Source: Coleofasciculus chthonoplastes F2-STO-03
GTDB taxonomy: Bacteria; Cyanobacteriota; Cyanobacteriia; Cyanobacteriales; Coleofasciculaceae
Direction: 5' to 3'
Length of the DNA: 64,000 bases
Assembly: GCA_040222015.1 (NCBI GenBank)
Contig: JAVJWO010000069.1
Coordinates: forward strand, 1-64,000
Shown: one piece after another, positions 1 through 10,435 of the stretch
Position numbering within the stretch: position 1 is the stretch's first letter
Layout of the letters: the number at the start of each line of letters is the position of its first letter
The notes under the pieces: model-generated
Told to the model about the DNA's origin: nothing
The model's input: the letters and a program-made list of their open reading frames with translations, nothing else
Database searches by the model: none
Program-made: the position numbers and the translations under genes

Positions 1-134
1 GGCTAAACTATACCACCACATGGGATAGATAGATAGAAAGAGAGAGATTGAAAATACTTCGGGGATTGACCCCTCGCATTTTCCGCTATCCCCCTACCCC
101 TTACTTCGTTGAAGGGGTAGCCCCTCGCGATTCG
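1..134 (-). mobile_element. IS200/IS605-family end remnant inserted into a sensor kinase gene; element probably continues off-window
   Basis: Hairpin CTACCCCTT-N9-AAGGGGTAG (94-120) whose minus-strand loop region TTCAACGAAGTAAG resembles IS605 subterminal hairpins. The membrane-protein ORF loses protein-like sequence here. Confidence 0.5.
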
Positions 135-386
135 GGTGGGAACTACCAGATTTAAAAGCGTTAGCACAGAGGCTATCAGCGTGACTTGCAGGGTTGCTGA
201 ACGATTTAAGCGGGGGTTCGCCAGCAAAATCGGTCCGGTGTACAGGTAGCCAAACACGTAGTCTGAGAGTGTGGCATACTCCAGGGCAATCACCACAGCA
301 AACGTCCCAGCTATCAGCCAACAGGTTTTGTGGTGCTGCTGTTGAGGGAAAAAAGTCGGTTTTAGAGCCAATAATCGGCGCAACAT
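135..386 (-). pseudogene. N-terminal transmembrane fragment of a kdp-associated sensor histidine kinase, interrupted
   Basis: Hydrophobic helices with LEYAT..YVFGYLYTGPILL motif; divergent from the kdpA fragment; truncated after LVVPT. Confidence 0.5.
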
Positions 387-750
387 TATAATTCGCTTTG
401 TTTATTTTATCCAAGCCTATAGATTACTCCTAATCTAGCCTAAACTTGACGTTTAGATACCAACTATATCTCCAAGTATATATCTTTAATTAAACCCCAA
501 TATTCATCAAATATAAATTCGTATATAATCCGATTAATTTAAGCTATTTTTCAAAAAAGAATAAAATTATACTCGATGGATGATGTACATTTTTTCCTCA
601 TAGTTAATAATTAAAATATTGAAAACCCGATCACCGTTCCCAGAACAGCTATCGAGGCAAAACCATGTTTACATTGTCAATCCACCTGATTCACTATCAA
701 ATTCAATGGCATAGCCGCCGTTAAACTTTATTTTCCCCACCTAATTATTT

Positions 751-930
751 ATGTTACAAGGCTTTTTTCAAATTGCCATAATCTTAGCAATATTAGTGGC
801 AATTGTTCCCTTTTTTTGCACCTATATGGCGAGGATGTTCTTGGGTGAGAGAACCATTCTCGACCCAATTATGATACCGATTGAACGAGTCATTTATAAG
901 CTAATTGGAGTCCGCCCGCAACGGGATATG
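751..930 (+). pseudogene. kdpA: K+-transporting ATPase subunit A, 5' fragment only
   Basis: MLQGFFQIAIILAILVAIVPFF.TYMARMFLGERTILDPI..PIERVIYKLIGV matches the KdpA N-terminus; similarity ends after about 60 aa. Confidence 0.75.
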
Positions 931-1015
931 GTTGAAGTTATTTTAGATGCCGGAATGTTCCCTACCCCCCACCGCTTGCACTTATTCAGCAGTCCCTATT
1001 TGCTACTGTCAGAGT

Positions 1016-1170
1016 TTGACATCCTCACCGCCCTATAAGTGCGGTGATTCCTCACCACGCCATCTTCAAAAAGGTGGTCGCTTTTGGGGGGTTGACAGCT
1101 CTACGCACACCGCCTCACAAGAGGTCTTACACGCACTCCCTGTCCGTTTTAAGTCTCGGATGTTTTTTCC
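1016..1170 (-). ncRNA. Orphan TnpB omega-RNA (reRNA) scaffold / IS605 right end
   Basis: Minus strand reads AAACGGACAGGGAGTGCGTGTAAGACC...GAGCTGTCAACCC...GAATCACCGCACTTATAGGGCGGTGAGGATGTCAA, the typical cyanobacterial tnpB 3' end with terminal hairpin and GTCAA. No tnpB ORF upstream. Confidence 0.7.
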
Positions 1171-1293
1171 GGCAAATCCTCAGTCAGAGGGAACCTTCAA
1201 GCCGGGTTGTCGTTCATAATTTAGTAAGGAGAGAAAATGTCTCCTTGATTTGTACTGCGATACCATCGACGTTTTGTAGAAAGAAGCACTGCC

Positions 1294-1494
1294 ATGGTTC
1301 AATACTCCATTAGTGCCACGAACAATCCCAAAAAGCCGATCAAACTGTGCATCTGGGAACCTGCTGTGCTAACCGACTCTCGCGTTCGCCCTTTTCACTT
1401 CAAAGCGAATTATAGCTGTGAGACTCTACCCGAAGCCATGGAGATTCTCCGACAAGTTGAGACGGAGTCCCAAAAATACGAGGCGGTTGCCTAA
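1294..1494 (+). CDS. Small hypothetical protein
   Basis: 66-aa ATG ORF; no recognised motif. Confidence 0.3.
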   Translation: MVQYSISATNNPKKPIKLCIWEPAVLTDSRVRPFHFKANYSCETLPEAMEILRQVETESQKYEAVA

Positions 1495-1715
1495 TGAACC
1501 AAAGGACAAATGACGAATATAGTATCGCTATCGACTAGCCCTCCGCTACCGATCAATGAATATCAAATTAAATCGCTGAATTTTTGTTAAGGGTAAATCG
1601 ATTAGTTTTGTGGGCGCAAGGATGGTGCCCCTACACCCCCGGTATCGTGATCGAGAAAACCATTAATTTATTCGAGGAATCCTCACCGTTAGTTCACCCG
1701 TGAGAAAGATAACGT

Positions 1716-1784
1716 GGTGGGTTACGGCGGATATATTATGAGATGGTTTGTTTCTCTATTGAGTACCGCCTAACCCACCCTACA
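1716..1784. repeat. REP-like inverted repeat (GGTGGGTTA...TAACCCACCCTAC)
   Basis: Arms GGTGGGTTACGGCGG / CCGCCTAACCCACC, ending CTAC. Confidence 0.65.
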
Positions 1785-1831
1785 GGTTAAGGTTGATCTG
1801 GGTCTATAGGACGCAACTAAGTCAAACAAGC

Positions 1832-2824
1832 GTGAAAGAAATTAATTTATACTGCCAAGAAAACAGTGATCGGCTGGATCGCTATCTGGCTCAACAATTA
1901 CCGGATTTGTCGCGATCGCGTATCCAAAAACTGATTGAAGAGGGCAATGTAAAGCTTAACCATAACCTCTGCACCTCCAAAAAAGCCACCATTCAACCTG
2001 GAGACTCTATCCACCTAACTATCCCTGATGCCAAACCCTTAGACCTAAAACCAGAAGCAATTCCCCTGGATATCCTCTATGAAGATGACCAAATCCTGAT
2101 TGTCAACAAACCCGCCGACTTAGTTGTTCATCCCGCTCCTGGACACGAAAATGGCACACTTGTCAATGCCCTTCTCGCCCATTGTTCTAACTTAGCTGGA
2201 ATTGGTGGCGTACAACGTCCCGGAATTGTCCACCGTTTAGACAAAGATACCACCGGTGCGATCGCGATCGCGAAAACCGACCACGCCCACCACCACCTAC
2301 AAGCCCAACTCAAAGCCAAAACCGCCCGTCGAGACTATCTCGGCGTGGTTTATGGTTCTCCCTCAACCGAGACTGGCACCATTAACCTGCCCATCGGACG
2401 TCATCCGAGCGATCGCAAAAAAATGGCAGTCGTTCCCCTAGAAAAAGGAGGACGCTCAGCGATTACCCATTGGCAGATTAAAGAACGCCTCGGTAACTAT
2501 ACCCTCATCCACTTCCAACTGGAAACCGGACGAACCCATCAAATTCGTGTCCACACCGCCCATATCGGACACCCTATCATCGGTGACCCCGTTTATAGTA
2601 AAGGTCGAGATATCGGCGTCAATCTCCCTGGACAGGCACTTCATGCATGGCGACTGCGGTTACAGCATCCCAATACAATTGCCCGTCCCCTCTCTCCTAA
2701 CCAAGGAGACCAGAGGACGGACAATAAATCTGGGGACTGGATTGAGGTTATTGCCCCACTCCCCCCAGCCTTTAGCACACTCCTAACCGTACTGCGGCGG
2801 CGTGCTTCATCCGCTAATACCTAA
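1832..2824 (+). CDS. rluD: RluA-family 23S rRNA pseudouridine synthase (RluD-like)
   Basis: S4 domain, [19 protein letters not shown] catalytic motif, [15 protein letters not shown] start chosen. Confidence 0.9.
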   Translation: MKEINLYCQENSDRLDRYLAQQLPDLSRSRIQKLIEEGNVKLNHNLCTSKKATIQPGDSIHLTIPDAKPLDLKPEAIPLDILYEDDQILIVNKPADLVVHPAPGHENGTLVNALLAHCSNLAGIGGVQRPGIVHRLDKDTTGAIAIAKTDHAHHHLQAQLKAKTARRDYLGVVYGSPSTETGTINLPIGRHPSDRKKMAVVPLEKGGRSAITHWQIKERLGNYTLIHFQLETGRTHQIRVHTAHIGHPIIGDPVYSKGRDIGVNLPGQALHAWRLRLQHPNTIARPLSPNQGDQRTDNKSGDWIEVIAPLPPAFSTLLTVLRRRASSANT

Positions 2825-3570
2825 CGCTTAGGTACACGGGACATGTAATCGATATTCTGGGCAGACACGCGGGGCAGCGGATTGGGTTTGGCATTAACTC
2901 CCCGTGCCATATCCAGAAAGTTCGTGGGATCACCGGCTTTAGCCTGCTTGTCTTGCGGGACAAAGCGGCGTACTTCGTTCTGCCAAATAATTTGGGGGAA
3001 GCCCAGTTGAGCGCGGTAGTAGCCGTCGTAGCGGGGTGATTTAATGTTAAAGGGTCTTTCACCTTGACGGCGACCAGGCAATACACGACGCCGTTGATAG
3101 GGAACGGTGTCATAGCCAAAGTTGGTCAGATACTCTTCGCTGTTGAGTAGTTGATCAACGAAGCCTTTAATCCCCTTCGTCGCCACGACGATAGACCAAG
3201 CAATTTTTTCGCGTTCGTTGTAAACATCGCGCCCTAACACCCGTTGCACGCACTGTTCAACAAAGCGATAATTGCTGTTTTTCTCGTAGAAGCTGTTGTA
3301 GAAGGTTTTCGACAGCAGCAATCCACGAATGAAATCCCGCACCGTCAGTTGACCGTTGCGGAGTTGGGATTCTAGGAACCGTTCCCGATCCCAAGCAAAG
3401 GCATGGAAGAAGATCTGACGGTATGCCGCTTCGATCAATTCATCCAAGTCTGTGCCAAACAGGATGTTCTCGGTTGTATAAATCCTTGGTTGCTCATCCC
3501 CCGGTACTTCATAACCAGCGACACGCTGATTTTGACTTACCGGAGTGTAGCCTAATAAAGGTAGCGCCAC
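2821..3570 (-). CDS. cpcG: Phycobilisome rod-core linker
   Basis: [33 protein letters not shown], hydrophilic C-terminus (not CpcL). Confidence 0.93.
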   Translation of the reverse strand: MALPLLGYTPVSQNQRVAGYEVPGDEQPRIYTTENILFGTDLDELIEAAYRQIFFHAFAWDRERFLESQLRNGQLTVRDFIRGLLLSKTFYNSFYEKNSNYRFVEQCVQRVLGRDVYNEREKIAWSIVVATKGIKGFVDQLLNSEEYLTNFGYDTVPYQRRRVLPGRRQGERPFNIKSPRYDGYYRAQLGFPQIIWQNEVRRFVPQDKQAKAGDPTNFLDMARGVNAKPNPLPRVSAQNIDYMSRVPKR

Positions 3571-3654
3571 GTTTAAATCTCCGTAATCTTAGAAAATCTT
3601 ACAAACCTTAACTTTCAACTATATAACAGATTATGTAACCTTCTTACAAAATTA

Positions 3655-3855
3655 GTCATTGGTCATTGGTCATTGGTCATTGGTCATTGGTCATTCGTCA
3701 TTCGTCATTTGTCATTGGTTATTTGCTCCCCCAGCTTCCCCGGCTTCCCCAGCTCCCCCAGCTTCCCCGGCTTCCCCAGCTTCCCCATCTTCCCCAGCTT
3801 CCCCAGCTTCCCCGGCTTCCCCGGCTTCCCCAGCTTCCCCATCTTCCCTGTTCCC
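3655..3855. repeat. STRR tandem repeats: (GTCATTG/GTCATTC)n then (TTCCCCAGC/TTCCCCGGC)n
   Basis: 7-mer and 9-mer tandem arrays visible directly. Confidence 0.95.
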
Positions 3856-4530
3856 CTAAAAGTAACCCATCCAGAACGCCAAGGGATTTGCTAGGGAACG
3901 ACAGTGGGGCCAATTTCGCAAATAGTTTTCCAAATCAGGCTGCCAAACTGGGGGGCTTAATCCGAGTCCTAAGCAAAGATGAGACAAAACGTCAAAAAAC
4001 CGTCGATCATGACCGGGAGTTCCTAAATGAGCATGGGCATATTCATGGACGACGATACCTAACCAATCTGGCGGTGCTGTTCGTCCCACATCAACAAGGA
4101 TGGTAAACGGATTGAGGAGAATGTTACAAAAGCCATCAATCCCATACTCCTGGGCTAACGGCGCTGCCCCGATCTGGATCGGACGACGTAATTCTGGATG
4201 AAAACAATCATGACAGGCATTGAGACAAGAATTGAGTTCAGCGTTGACTGTATCAATGTTGTAGCCAATCCAGGTACAGATGCGATCGCGTACCCGAGGA
4301 TTATCGCTGATATCAACCATACGTGGCTCTAATGCTAGCTGACGTACAGCTTCTAGGTACTCATAGCCACGTACCAAGGGTTCATTTCTACTCTGGGCTT
4401 TTCTTACCCCATACAAACTCAAATTGTCTCGCTGCTCAAACATGTCATAGATTCTAACTGTTAACGAGGTGACAAGCAAGCTGAAACCACGACTAATCAG
4501 GCTTTCAGGACTGTACCCCGATGGAGACAT
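3856..4530 (-). CDS. Hypothetical protein with zincin HExxH motif (SprT/M48-like)
   Basis: [15 protein letters not shown]; true start uncertain. Confidence 0.65.
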   Translation of the reverse strand: MSPSGYSPESLISRGFSLLVTSLTVRIYDMFEQRDNLSLYGVRKAQSRNEPLVRGYEYLEAVRQLALEPRMVDISDNPRVRDRICTWIGYNIDTVNAELNSCLNACHDCFHPELRRPIQIGAAPLAQEYGIDGFCNILLNPFTILVDVGRTAPPDWLGIVVHEYAHAHLGTPGHDRRFFDVLSHLCLGLGLSPPVWQPDLENYLRNWPHCRSLANPLAFWMGYF

Positions 4531-4633
4531 TTTGACAGGTTCCCCAAGAACGATAGATAAGCCTGATGAAAATGATAAGCATTAGTTGCTGAAAAAAACT
4601 GCCAAAAAAGATACAAAAAACTCAAAATATATA

Positions 4634-4661
4634 TTTACATTTGTTGACAGTTTGTTAATAT
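4634..4661 (+). promoter_or_regulatory. HLR1-like (RpaB) direct repeats overlapping a TTGACA -35 upstream of ocp
   Basis: TTTACATT-tg-TTGACAGT-tt-GTTAATAT resembles the (G/T)TTACA(T/A)(T/A)-N2 repeat. Confidence 0.45.
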
Positions 4662-4766
4662 TGTTTGTAGTAAATAGATTTTCTGCCTGCCTCCAGAGAG
4701 TCCTAAACGGCTCAGGGCAAGCGCTGACGTAGTATTTCGATAAATTACCTAAACAGGAGATCCTGA

Positions 4767-5726
4767 ATGCCTTTTACCCTTGATTCAGCTCGTAGTATAT
4801 TTCCGGAAACCCTAACGGCTGATGCTGTACCCGCTACGATTGCCCGTTTCAGTCAACTTAGTGCTGAAGATCAATTGGCATTGATCTGGTTTGCTTACCT
4901 GGAAATGGGCAAAACCATCACTATTGCTGCACCAGGAGCCGCCAGTATGGTGCTTGCAGAACCAACCCTGAATCAAATTAAGCAAAAGTCCTTCCAGGAG
5001 CAAACCCAGGTCATGTGTGACTTGGCAAACCGCGCCGATGCGCCGATTAGCCGCACTTATGCCAGTTGGTCGGCTAATATCAAGCTTGGCTTTTGGTATC
5101 AGCTCGGACAATGGATGGAACAGGGAACAGTCGCGCCTATTCCCGAAGGCTATCGCTTATCCGCCAATGCATCCGCCGTGCTACAAGCCATTCGCAACCT
5201 CGATCCGGGACAGCAAATTACGGTGCTGCGGAATGCGGTTGTGGATATGGGGTTTGACCCGAGTAAGCTGGATAGCTACAACAAGGTGACTGAACCGATT
5301 GTTCCGCCTAAGGAAATGTCCCAACGGACGTCGGTGGCGATCAAGGGGGTTGACAACCAGACGGTGTTGAGCTACATGAATTACATGAATGCCAATGACT
5401 TCGACGCCCTGATCAAACTGTTCACTGAAGATGGAGCGCTGCAACCTCCGTTCCAAAGACCGATCATTGGTAAAGACGCCGTTTACCGATTCTTCCGGGA
5501 AGAATGCCAGAACCTGAAGCTGCTGCCGGAACAGGGAGTTTCTGAACCGACAGAAGAGGGGTATACTCAGCTCAAAGTCACAGGTAAAGTTCAAACGCCT
5601 TGGTTCGGTGCCGGAGTGGGAATGAATATGGCGTGGCGATTCTTGCTCAATCCTGAGAACAAGATCTACTTTGTGGCAATTGATTTATTAGCCTCGCCGA
5701 AGGAGTTACTCAACTTGGCTCGCTAA
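4767..5726 (+). CDS. ocp: Orange carotenoid protein (OCP1-type)
   Basis: MPFTLDSARSIFP, EDQLALIWFAY, NTF2-like C-domain KVQTPWFG; followed by frp. Confidence 0.97.
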   Translation: MPFTLDSARSIFPETLTADAVPATIARFSQLSAEDQLALIWFAYLEMGKTITIAAPGAASMVLAEPTLNQIKQKSFQEQTQVMCDLANRADAPISRTYASWSANIKLGFWYQLGQWMEQGTVAPIPEGYRLSANASAVLQAIRNLDPGQQITVLRNAVVDMGFDPSKLDSYNKVTEPIVPPKEMSQRTSVAIKGVDNQTVLSYMNYMNANDFDALIKLFTEDGALQPPFQRPIIGKDAVYRFFREECQNLKLLPEQGVSEPTEEGYTQLKVTGKVQTPWFGAGVGMNMAWRFLLNPENKIYFVAIDLLASPKELLNLAR

Positions 5727-5820
5727 AGCCATCCTGAGTAGGAGTAAACTATAGCAAGTTGTAAATTCGAGCGAACACTCCCTGATCCTATTAATTGGGA
5801 GTGTTCAGCATACTGGGATA

Positions 5821-6147
5821 ATGCAAGTAAACGAAATTATTTGGTCTGAAGTAGAGCAGCAAATCGCCAAAGATGCTTTTGAGAAAGCCTATCAACGAGA
5901 AACGAATGCTTTGATCACACAGGTGCGGGAATACGCCAGTGAAATTACTGAACTCGATCAGGTTTGGCGTCTGCATGATTTTTTGAGTGCAAGGCGGCAC
6001 GATATTGATGGCAAGTACGACTACGACTATTCGGCTCTCCTGTTTCTTTTCGCTAGGTTAGTTAAAGAAGAGTGGCTAAAGCTGGAAGATTTGAGCGGCT
6101 TAGATCAGAGCAAACTGGCTAAAATAAATGCCTTGGCTCAGATGTAA
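5821..6147 (+). CDS. frp: Fluorescence recovery protein
   Basis: WSEVEQQIA, WRLHDFLSARRHDIDGKYDY; directly after ocp. Confidence 0.95.
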   Translation: MQVNEIIWSEVEQQIAKDAFEKAYQRETNALITQVREYASEITELDQVWRLHDFLSARRHDIDGKYDYDYSALLFLFARLVKEEWLKLEDLSGLDQSKLAKINALAQM

Positions 6148-6436
6148 CCTTCCGCACACTGAATCAGGCTCTCTTGTGCTTAGTGTGAAAAATTTTAATG
6201 TTGCTGATTGCTTTCTGAAACTATTGATCTGAAAGACTTGTCCTATACTATTTTCAGCACAAATAAGCTTTGCTTATAAGCCAAGGTGCAAGGGAGCCTT
6301 TTGGGTTAGTAAAAATAATAGCCTTGCAATAATTCTAGAATGGCATCCATTCTGTTGTTTTGTTTACAACCGAACAGCAATTGCGTTGGGTTTTATGATT
6401 TCCCCTCAAACTCCCCGTTTGCTATAATCTTCCTGA

Positions 6437-6823
6437 ATGGTTAAACCCGGAAACCCGTATACCTTAGTTAGCAAACAGAAAGGAATTTTAGTCGTTTTGG
6501 AATTACCACCAGTCAAACCTATCGAGCCGCCAGAAGAACCGCCGCCTATTCACGGTAATTGGTACTTGGTCAATGTTCGCCACAAGAAACGTGATTTATT
6601 TTTGAGATGCCTTAATGTTGTTATCAAACAAAATAATCTGGACGATTTGATTTTAGCGATTGAAACTCCTGATGATTCAGTGTACGAAGATATCGTTTTA
6701 TTGAATTTGGCTAGCTTTAAAGCAGTGCGACCTCACATTCAAACGATTGAGTCTTGTCAGAGAATTGAACCGAAACCATTGTCACAAGCACAAGTAAGTC
6801 TAATGTTGGCAGCTAGCCGCTAG
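6437..6823 (+). CDS. Hypothetical protein resembling a stand-alone NusG N-terminal (NGN) domain
   Basis: WYLVNV..., I.QNNLDDLILAIETP and PKPLS..V..ML mirror NGN motifs; no KOW. Likely TTG start at 6497. Confidence 0.55.
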   Translation: MVKPGNPYTLVSKQKGILVVLELPPVKPIEPPEEPPPIHGNWYLVNVRHKKRDLFLRCLNVVIKQNNLDDLILAIETPDDSVYEDIVLLNLASFKAVRPHIQTIESCQRIEPKPLSQAQVSLMLAASR

Positions 6824-7422
6824 CTGCTGGATTGTAACTGTGCGATCGCGCTATTCAGTCGTGCTTGTACCACCCGATCCGACTCTTGAGTCAACGCCTG
6901 CTGTAAGGGAGGCATAACTTCTGGTTGGGCAATATCTTGTAAGGACGCGATCGCGGCATAACGCAGCGCCCAATCCTCTGGTGTCAATAACGCCCAGGTT
7001 AATTTATCTATGGCTTGACGAATAATGGCTGTATCCTTGGCTAAACTGCCAATCCGCCCTAATCCTCGTGCCGCTACGCGCCGGACATTTCCTTGACAGT
7101 GATTGGCGACGGATGTGCCAATGACTTCCTCTAACAAACTTAGCGCTTTTGGATCACCAATTCGCGCTAAAGCTTGAATGATATGGGCTTGCACCGCTTG
7201 GTCACCAGAGGCTTTAAAGGCGGCAATTAAAGGATTAACGCTAGCTGATGCCAATTCTACTAACCCGTCTACGGCGGCGGCTGGGACAGCCGGATGATGA
7301 TGACTTAATCCCTCAATTAAGGCTGTGATTACGTCATCACTGGCACGCTGCGGGTGAGAGACTAACTCATGAATCGCTTCTATGGCTTCGTTAGGCGTAA
7401 CCGCTTGTTGTAATTTTGTCAT
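6820..7422 (-). CDS. pecF: Phycoerythrocyanin lyase/isomerase subunit F
   Basis: HEAT repeats plus the NHCQGN isomerase motif; downstream of pecE. Confidence 0.9.
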   Translation of the reverse strand: MTKLQQAVTPNEAIEAIHELVSHPQRASDDVITALIEGLSHHHPAVPAAAVDGLVELASASVNPLIAAFKASGDQAVQAHIIQALARIGDPKALSLLEEVIGTSVANHCQGNVRRVAARGLGRIGSLAKDTAIIRQAIDKLTWALLTPEDWALRYAAIASLQDIAQPEVMPPLQQALTQESDRVVQARLNSAIAQLQSSS

Positions 7423-7427
7423 TTTTT

Positions 7428-7490
7428 AGGGAACAGGGAACAGGGAATAGGGAATAGGGAATAGGGAATAGGTAACAGAGAATAGGGAAT
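7428..7490. repeat. STRR (GGGAATA/GGGAACA)n
   Basis: Tandem heptamers between pecE and pecF. Confidence 0.9.
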
Positions 7491-7497
7491 TAATAAT

Positions 7498-8280
7498 TTA
7501 TAGCTGAATTAATAACTGATCAATGGTATCCATCAGAAACTGGCATTTATCCTGCTGATTTGATTCGGCTTCCGGATCACTTTCTAAGATGGCTTCTAAC
7601 ATTCGCTTGATATTCAGCAGCTTTAAACTATTCGGCACCTTCGCCTCAATAATCGCCTGCGCTGCGGCTAAATGACCGATCGCGCCTAGGTCAAACATTG
7701 CCGCCCAGCGCAAATACATATTCGGATGATCCAAATTTTTGATGATCCGCTCAATATATTGCGGCTCTTTTGTCAATAGATATAAATACCGAGCTGCCGC
7801 ACATTGAACCCGTTCCGACTGATGGGTTAAAAAGGGTTCAATCTGGGGACGAGCTTGCCAAACCTCTAACGTGCCTAACGCTTCAATCAAGGCTTCATAG
7901 GGTTGCTCGGCTTCAGCGTTTAGCAGATTCAGCAAGGGGGAGATAGCGCTGCGATCGCCAATCGCGGCTAAAGCCTGAATAATCGCCTCTCGAAGGCTCA
8001 GATCCGGACAATCTAAGGCAGCAATTAACGCAGGTACAGCTTGGGGATTTTTTAACTCACCCAATGCTCGCGCCGCCTGACGTCGCAAGGGATATCCGCC
8101 TGCTTGGGTGCGATAGGCTTCATCTTGGAGGGCTTCACATAGCACTGTCCACGAGTCCTGTACTTTATTCTTACCCAACCACCACGCGGCATAATAGCGC
8201 AACTGATTATCGTCTCCATTTAAAGCCGCGATCGCAGTTTCTGCCGAACTTATGGGTTGGGGAGGAGAAGCAGTAGTCAT
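7498..8280 (-). CDS. pecE: Phycoerythrocyanin lyase subunit E
   Basis: RYYAAWWLG, GGYPLRRQAARALG HEAT lyase; in the pec operon. Confidence 0.9.
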   Translation of the reverse strand: MTTASPPQPISSAETAIAALNGDDNQLRYYAAWWLGKNKVQDSWTVLCEALQDEAYRTQAGGYPLRRQAARALGELKNPQAVPALIAALDCPDLSLREAIIQALAAIGDRSAISPLLNLLNAEAEQPYEALIEALGTLEVWQARPQIEPFLTHQSERVQCAAARYLYLLTKEPQYIERIIKNLDHPNMYLRWAAMFDLGAIGHLAAAQAIIEAKVPNSLKLLNIKRMLEAILESDPEAESNQQDKCQFLMDTIDQLLIQL

Positions 8281-8552
8281 TTATACAAAAAATTGGAGCT
8301 CTAAATCACTTTTTATTTATATTTATTTTAAATCGAAAGGCACTGAAAATTTGCCGTTTTGGAGTGCCGAAACTCTTGATATACCGTAGGGTGGGCATTG
8401 CCCACCAGCATGCCAGCCAATGCCATTTATCTTAAATCAACTTTTTTTATCGCTATTGCCTAAAGGTTAGGACTTTCTTGAACGGCGCAAAAGAGAAAAT
8501 ATCAGTAAAAAACTCCTGGCTTCTGCCTTCTACCTGCTGCTATAACAAGATT

Positions 8553-8601
8553 CGGGTCTGATTGATAGACAAAAACGGCTCATTGCCTATCCCCCAGACC
8601 C
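8553..8601 (-). terminator. Stem-loop downstream of pecA
   Basis: CGGGTCTG...CAGACCCG inverted repeat. Confidence 0.45.
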
Positions 8602-8681
8602 GATACAGGCTAGTACAGGGAAACAAATGGTCTAAAACATCTCGACTGAATCCATGACTTTCCTGGTAGCCGTACTGGTTT

Positions 8682-9170
8682 CTAGCTCAAAGCATTGATG
8701 GCATAGTTGAGGTAAATGTTCGCTTCACCTGCAACATCTCCAGATAAACCATGATTGTCACGGACAAATTCGAGAGCCGCCACGTACCAACTGGACGACA
8801 AACCGAGAGCCGCGTTGAATTCTTTAACGCCAGCAATCACATATTCATCCAGTGGACCCGTTCCACCGACTACGCAGCAGTAGCTGATCACACGCAAGTA
8901 GTTGTTAATATCCCGCACACACTTGGACTTGCCTTCTGGAGTTGAGGCATATTGGGGTCCTTCCATTTGAGTGGTGTAGGGGAATTTCTGATAAACATGA
9001 TTAGCAGCGGCTTCAGACCATCCCTGACCATTATCAGTAAACGCTTTGGCAGCATCCAGACCCGCCTTCGCCCGACTGAAACGACCAAAAATGGCTTGCA
9101 TTTCAGTATTAGTCGGATAAGAACCGCGCACGTCAGCGGCAGCAATCGCTTCAGTAATTGGGGTTTTCAT
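8682..9170 (-). CDS. pecA: Phycoerythrocyanin alpha subunit
   Basis: [37 protein letters not shown]: PecA-type signature. Confidence 0.95.
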   Translation of the reverse strand: MKTPITEAIAAADVRGSYPTNTEMQAIFGRFSRAKAGLDAAKAFTDNGQGWSEAAANHVYQKFPYTTQMEGPQYASTPEGKSKCVRDINNYLRVISYCCVVGGTGPLDEYVIAGVKEFNAALGLSSSWYVAALEFVRDNHGLSGDVAGEANIYLNYAINALS

Positions 9171-9252
9171 GAGTATCTTTGTTCTCCTAAATGATTGACT
9201 TAGTTAAGTTGTCAGGTTTATTTAATTGTCAAAAAGCCGTTTAAACTCGACC

Positions 9253-9771
9253 TTAAGCAACGGCGGCTGCTGCTGTATCAAAATAGCCCGCTAACTCAGA
9301 CATCAGAGCGCTGCAATCTCCTTGGGTAATGCCATTGGGGTCGTTGGCAATGGCGATCGCGGCATCTTTCATCTTGCCGATCCCGGATGCTACGGCATCT
9401 CCAGGTGTTCCTAGCGCTTGGTAGGTTTCCCGCAGACCATTGAGACAACGGTCATTCATCACACTGGCATCTCCTGCCACCATGGAGTAGGCGACATAAC
9501 GGAGAATAAAGCCCATATCCCGGATACAAGCGGCATGGTTACGATGATGGTCACAAGCACCACCGGGGGCGAACACTTGGGGACGTTCAGCCACTAATTC
9601 TCGGTACGCATTAGCGACGATCATGGAAGCGTTACTGGTGATACGGTTAACCGTATCTAAACGCTTATTGCTTTCCGACACCATTGCTGAAAGTGCGTTG
9701 ATTTGATCGCCACTCAGATAGGCTCCACTTTTATCGGCTTGCTCTACGACTTTGGAAAACGCATCAAGCAT
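9253..9771 (-). CDS. pecB: Phycoerythrocyanin beta subunit
   Basis: [40 protein letters not shown]. Confidence 0.95.
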   Translation of the reverse strand: MLDAFSKVVEQADKSGAYLSGDQINALSAMVSESNKRLDTVNRITSNASMIVANAYRELVAERPQVFAPGGACDHHRNHAACIRDMGFILRYVAYSMVAGDASVMNDRCLNGLRETYQALGTPGDAVASGIGKMKDAAIAIANDPNGITQGDCSALMSELAGYFDTAAAAVA

Positions 9772-10387
9772 CTTAGTTAAGATCTCCTAGCTAAACGTTG
9801 TTTGAATCATTGATCTAGGTTTCTTTATACAATAGGCTGAATATTTTTAAGCGTTAAAAAATATTAAGTTGCATGTCATTGTACATAATTTTGCTCAAAC
9901 CTTCTCATAGAAAGGGCTAAGAATGGTTCGTTTGATTAAAAAATTTACATTTTGAAAACTAATCAGCGATTTGAAGTTTACTTTTGTTAAGACTACGACG
10001 CCGAAAACTTACGGGCAATCTCTTATTTCCCAACGCCTTGAGCCTTCTATTCCCGTCTGGCACATCATCTCACTCAACGTAATCTTTCTTAATGGATAAT
10101 GGTGCTAATGAGTAGGAGCTTATTGTAGTTTTATAACATTAAAACCAAATTGCTTTGTAACTACATAAAAGTCAATCAGTAATTTTTAGTAAGTATATTT
10201 GCTTAAGTAATTATTACCAACGTTTTCATAAAGGCGATGAAGAGGGGGATCAAGATCTCCGCCCCTAGACAGAACTGGAGAATGAGGTTGTAGCGGAATC
10301 CGGAAATCTGTAACCCTCTGGCAATGCTAGCTTGAGCAGTTTGGGCATTCTCAGGATTGGCGGGTTTGATCCGTCAAGGATTAAAAA

Positions 10388-10435
10388 CTTAACAATTTGT
10401 AATAAATAAAAACTCAACATCATTGTATAAAAGTA
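10388..10435 (+). promoter_or_regulatory. Probable cpcB promoter
   Basis: AACAATTTGTAATAAA...CATTGTATAAA about 250 nt upstream of cpcB; resembles conserved cpcB promoters with long leaders. Confidence 0.45.

Noticed and set aside
947..1313. ORFs of 89-90 aa
   Set aside because: They lie across the omega-RNA/IS end and have no protein motif.
3659..4106. Several overlapping ORFs (VIGHWSL, PASPASP, LPQLPRL)
   Set aside because: Translations of STRR tandem repeats.
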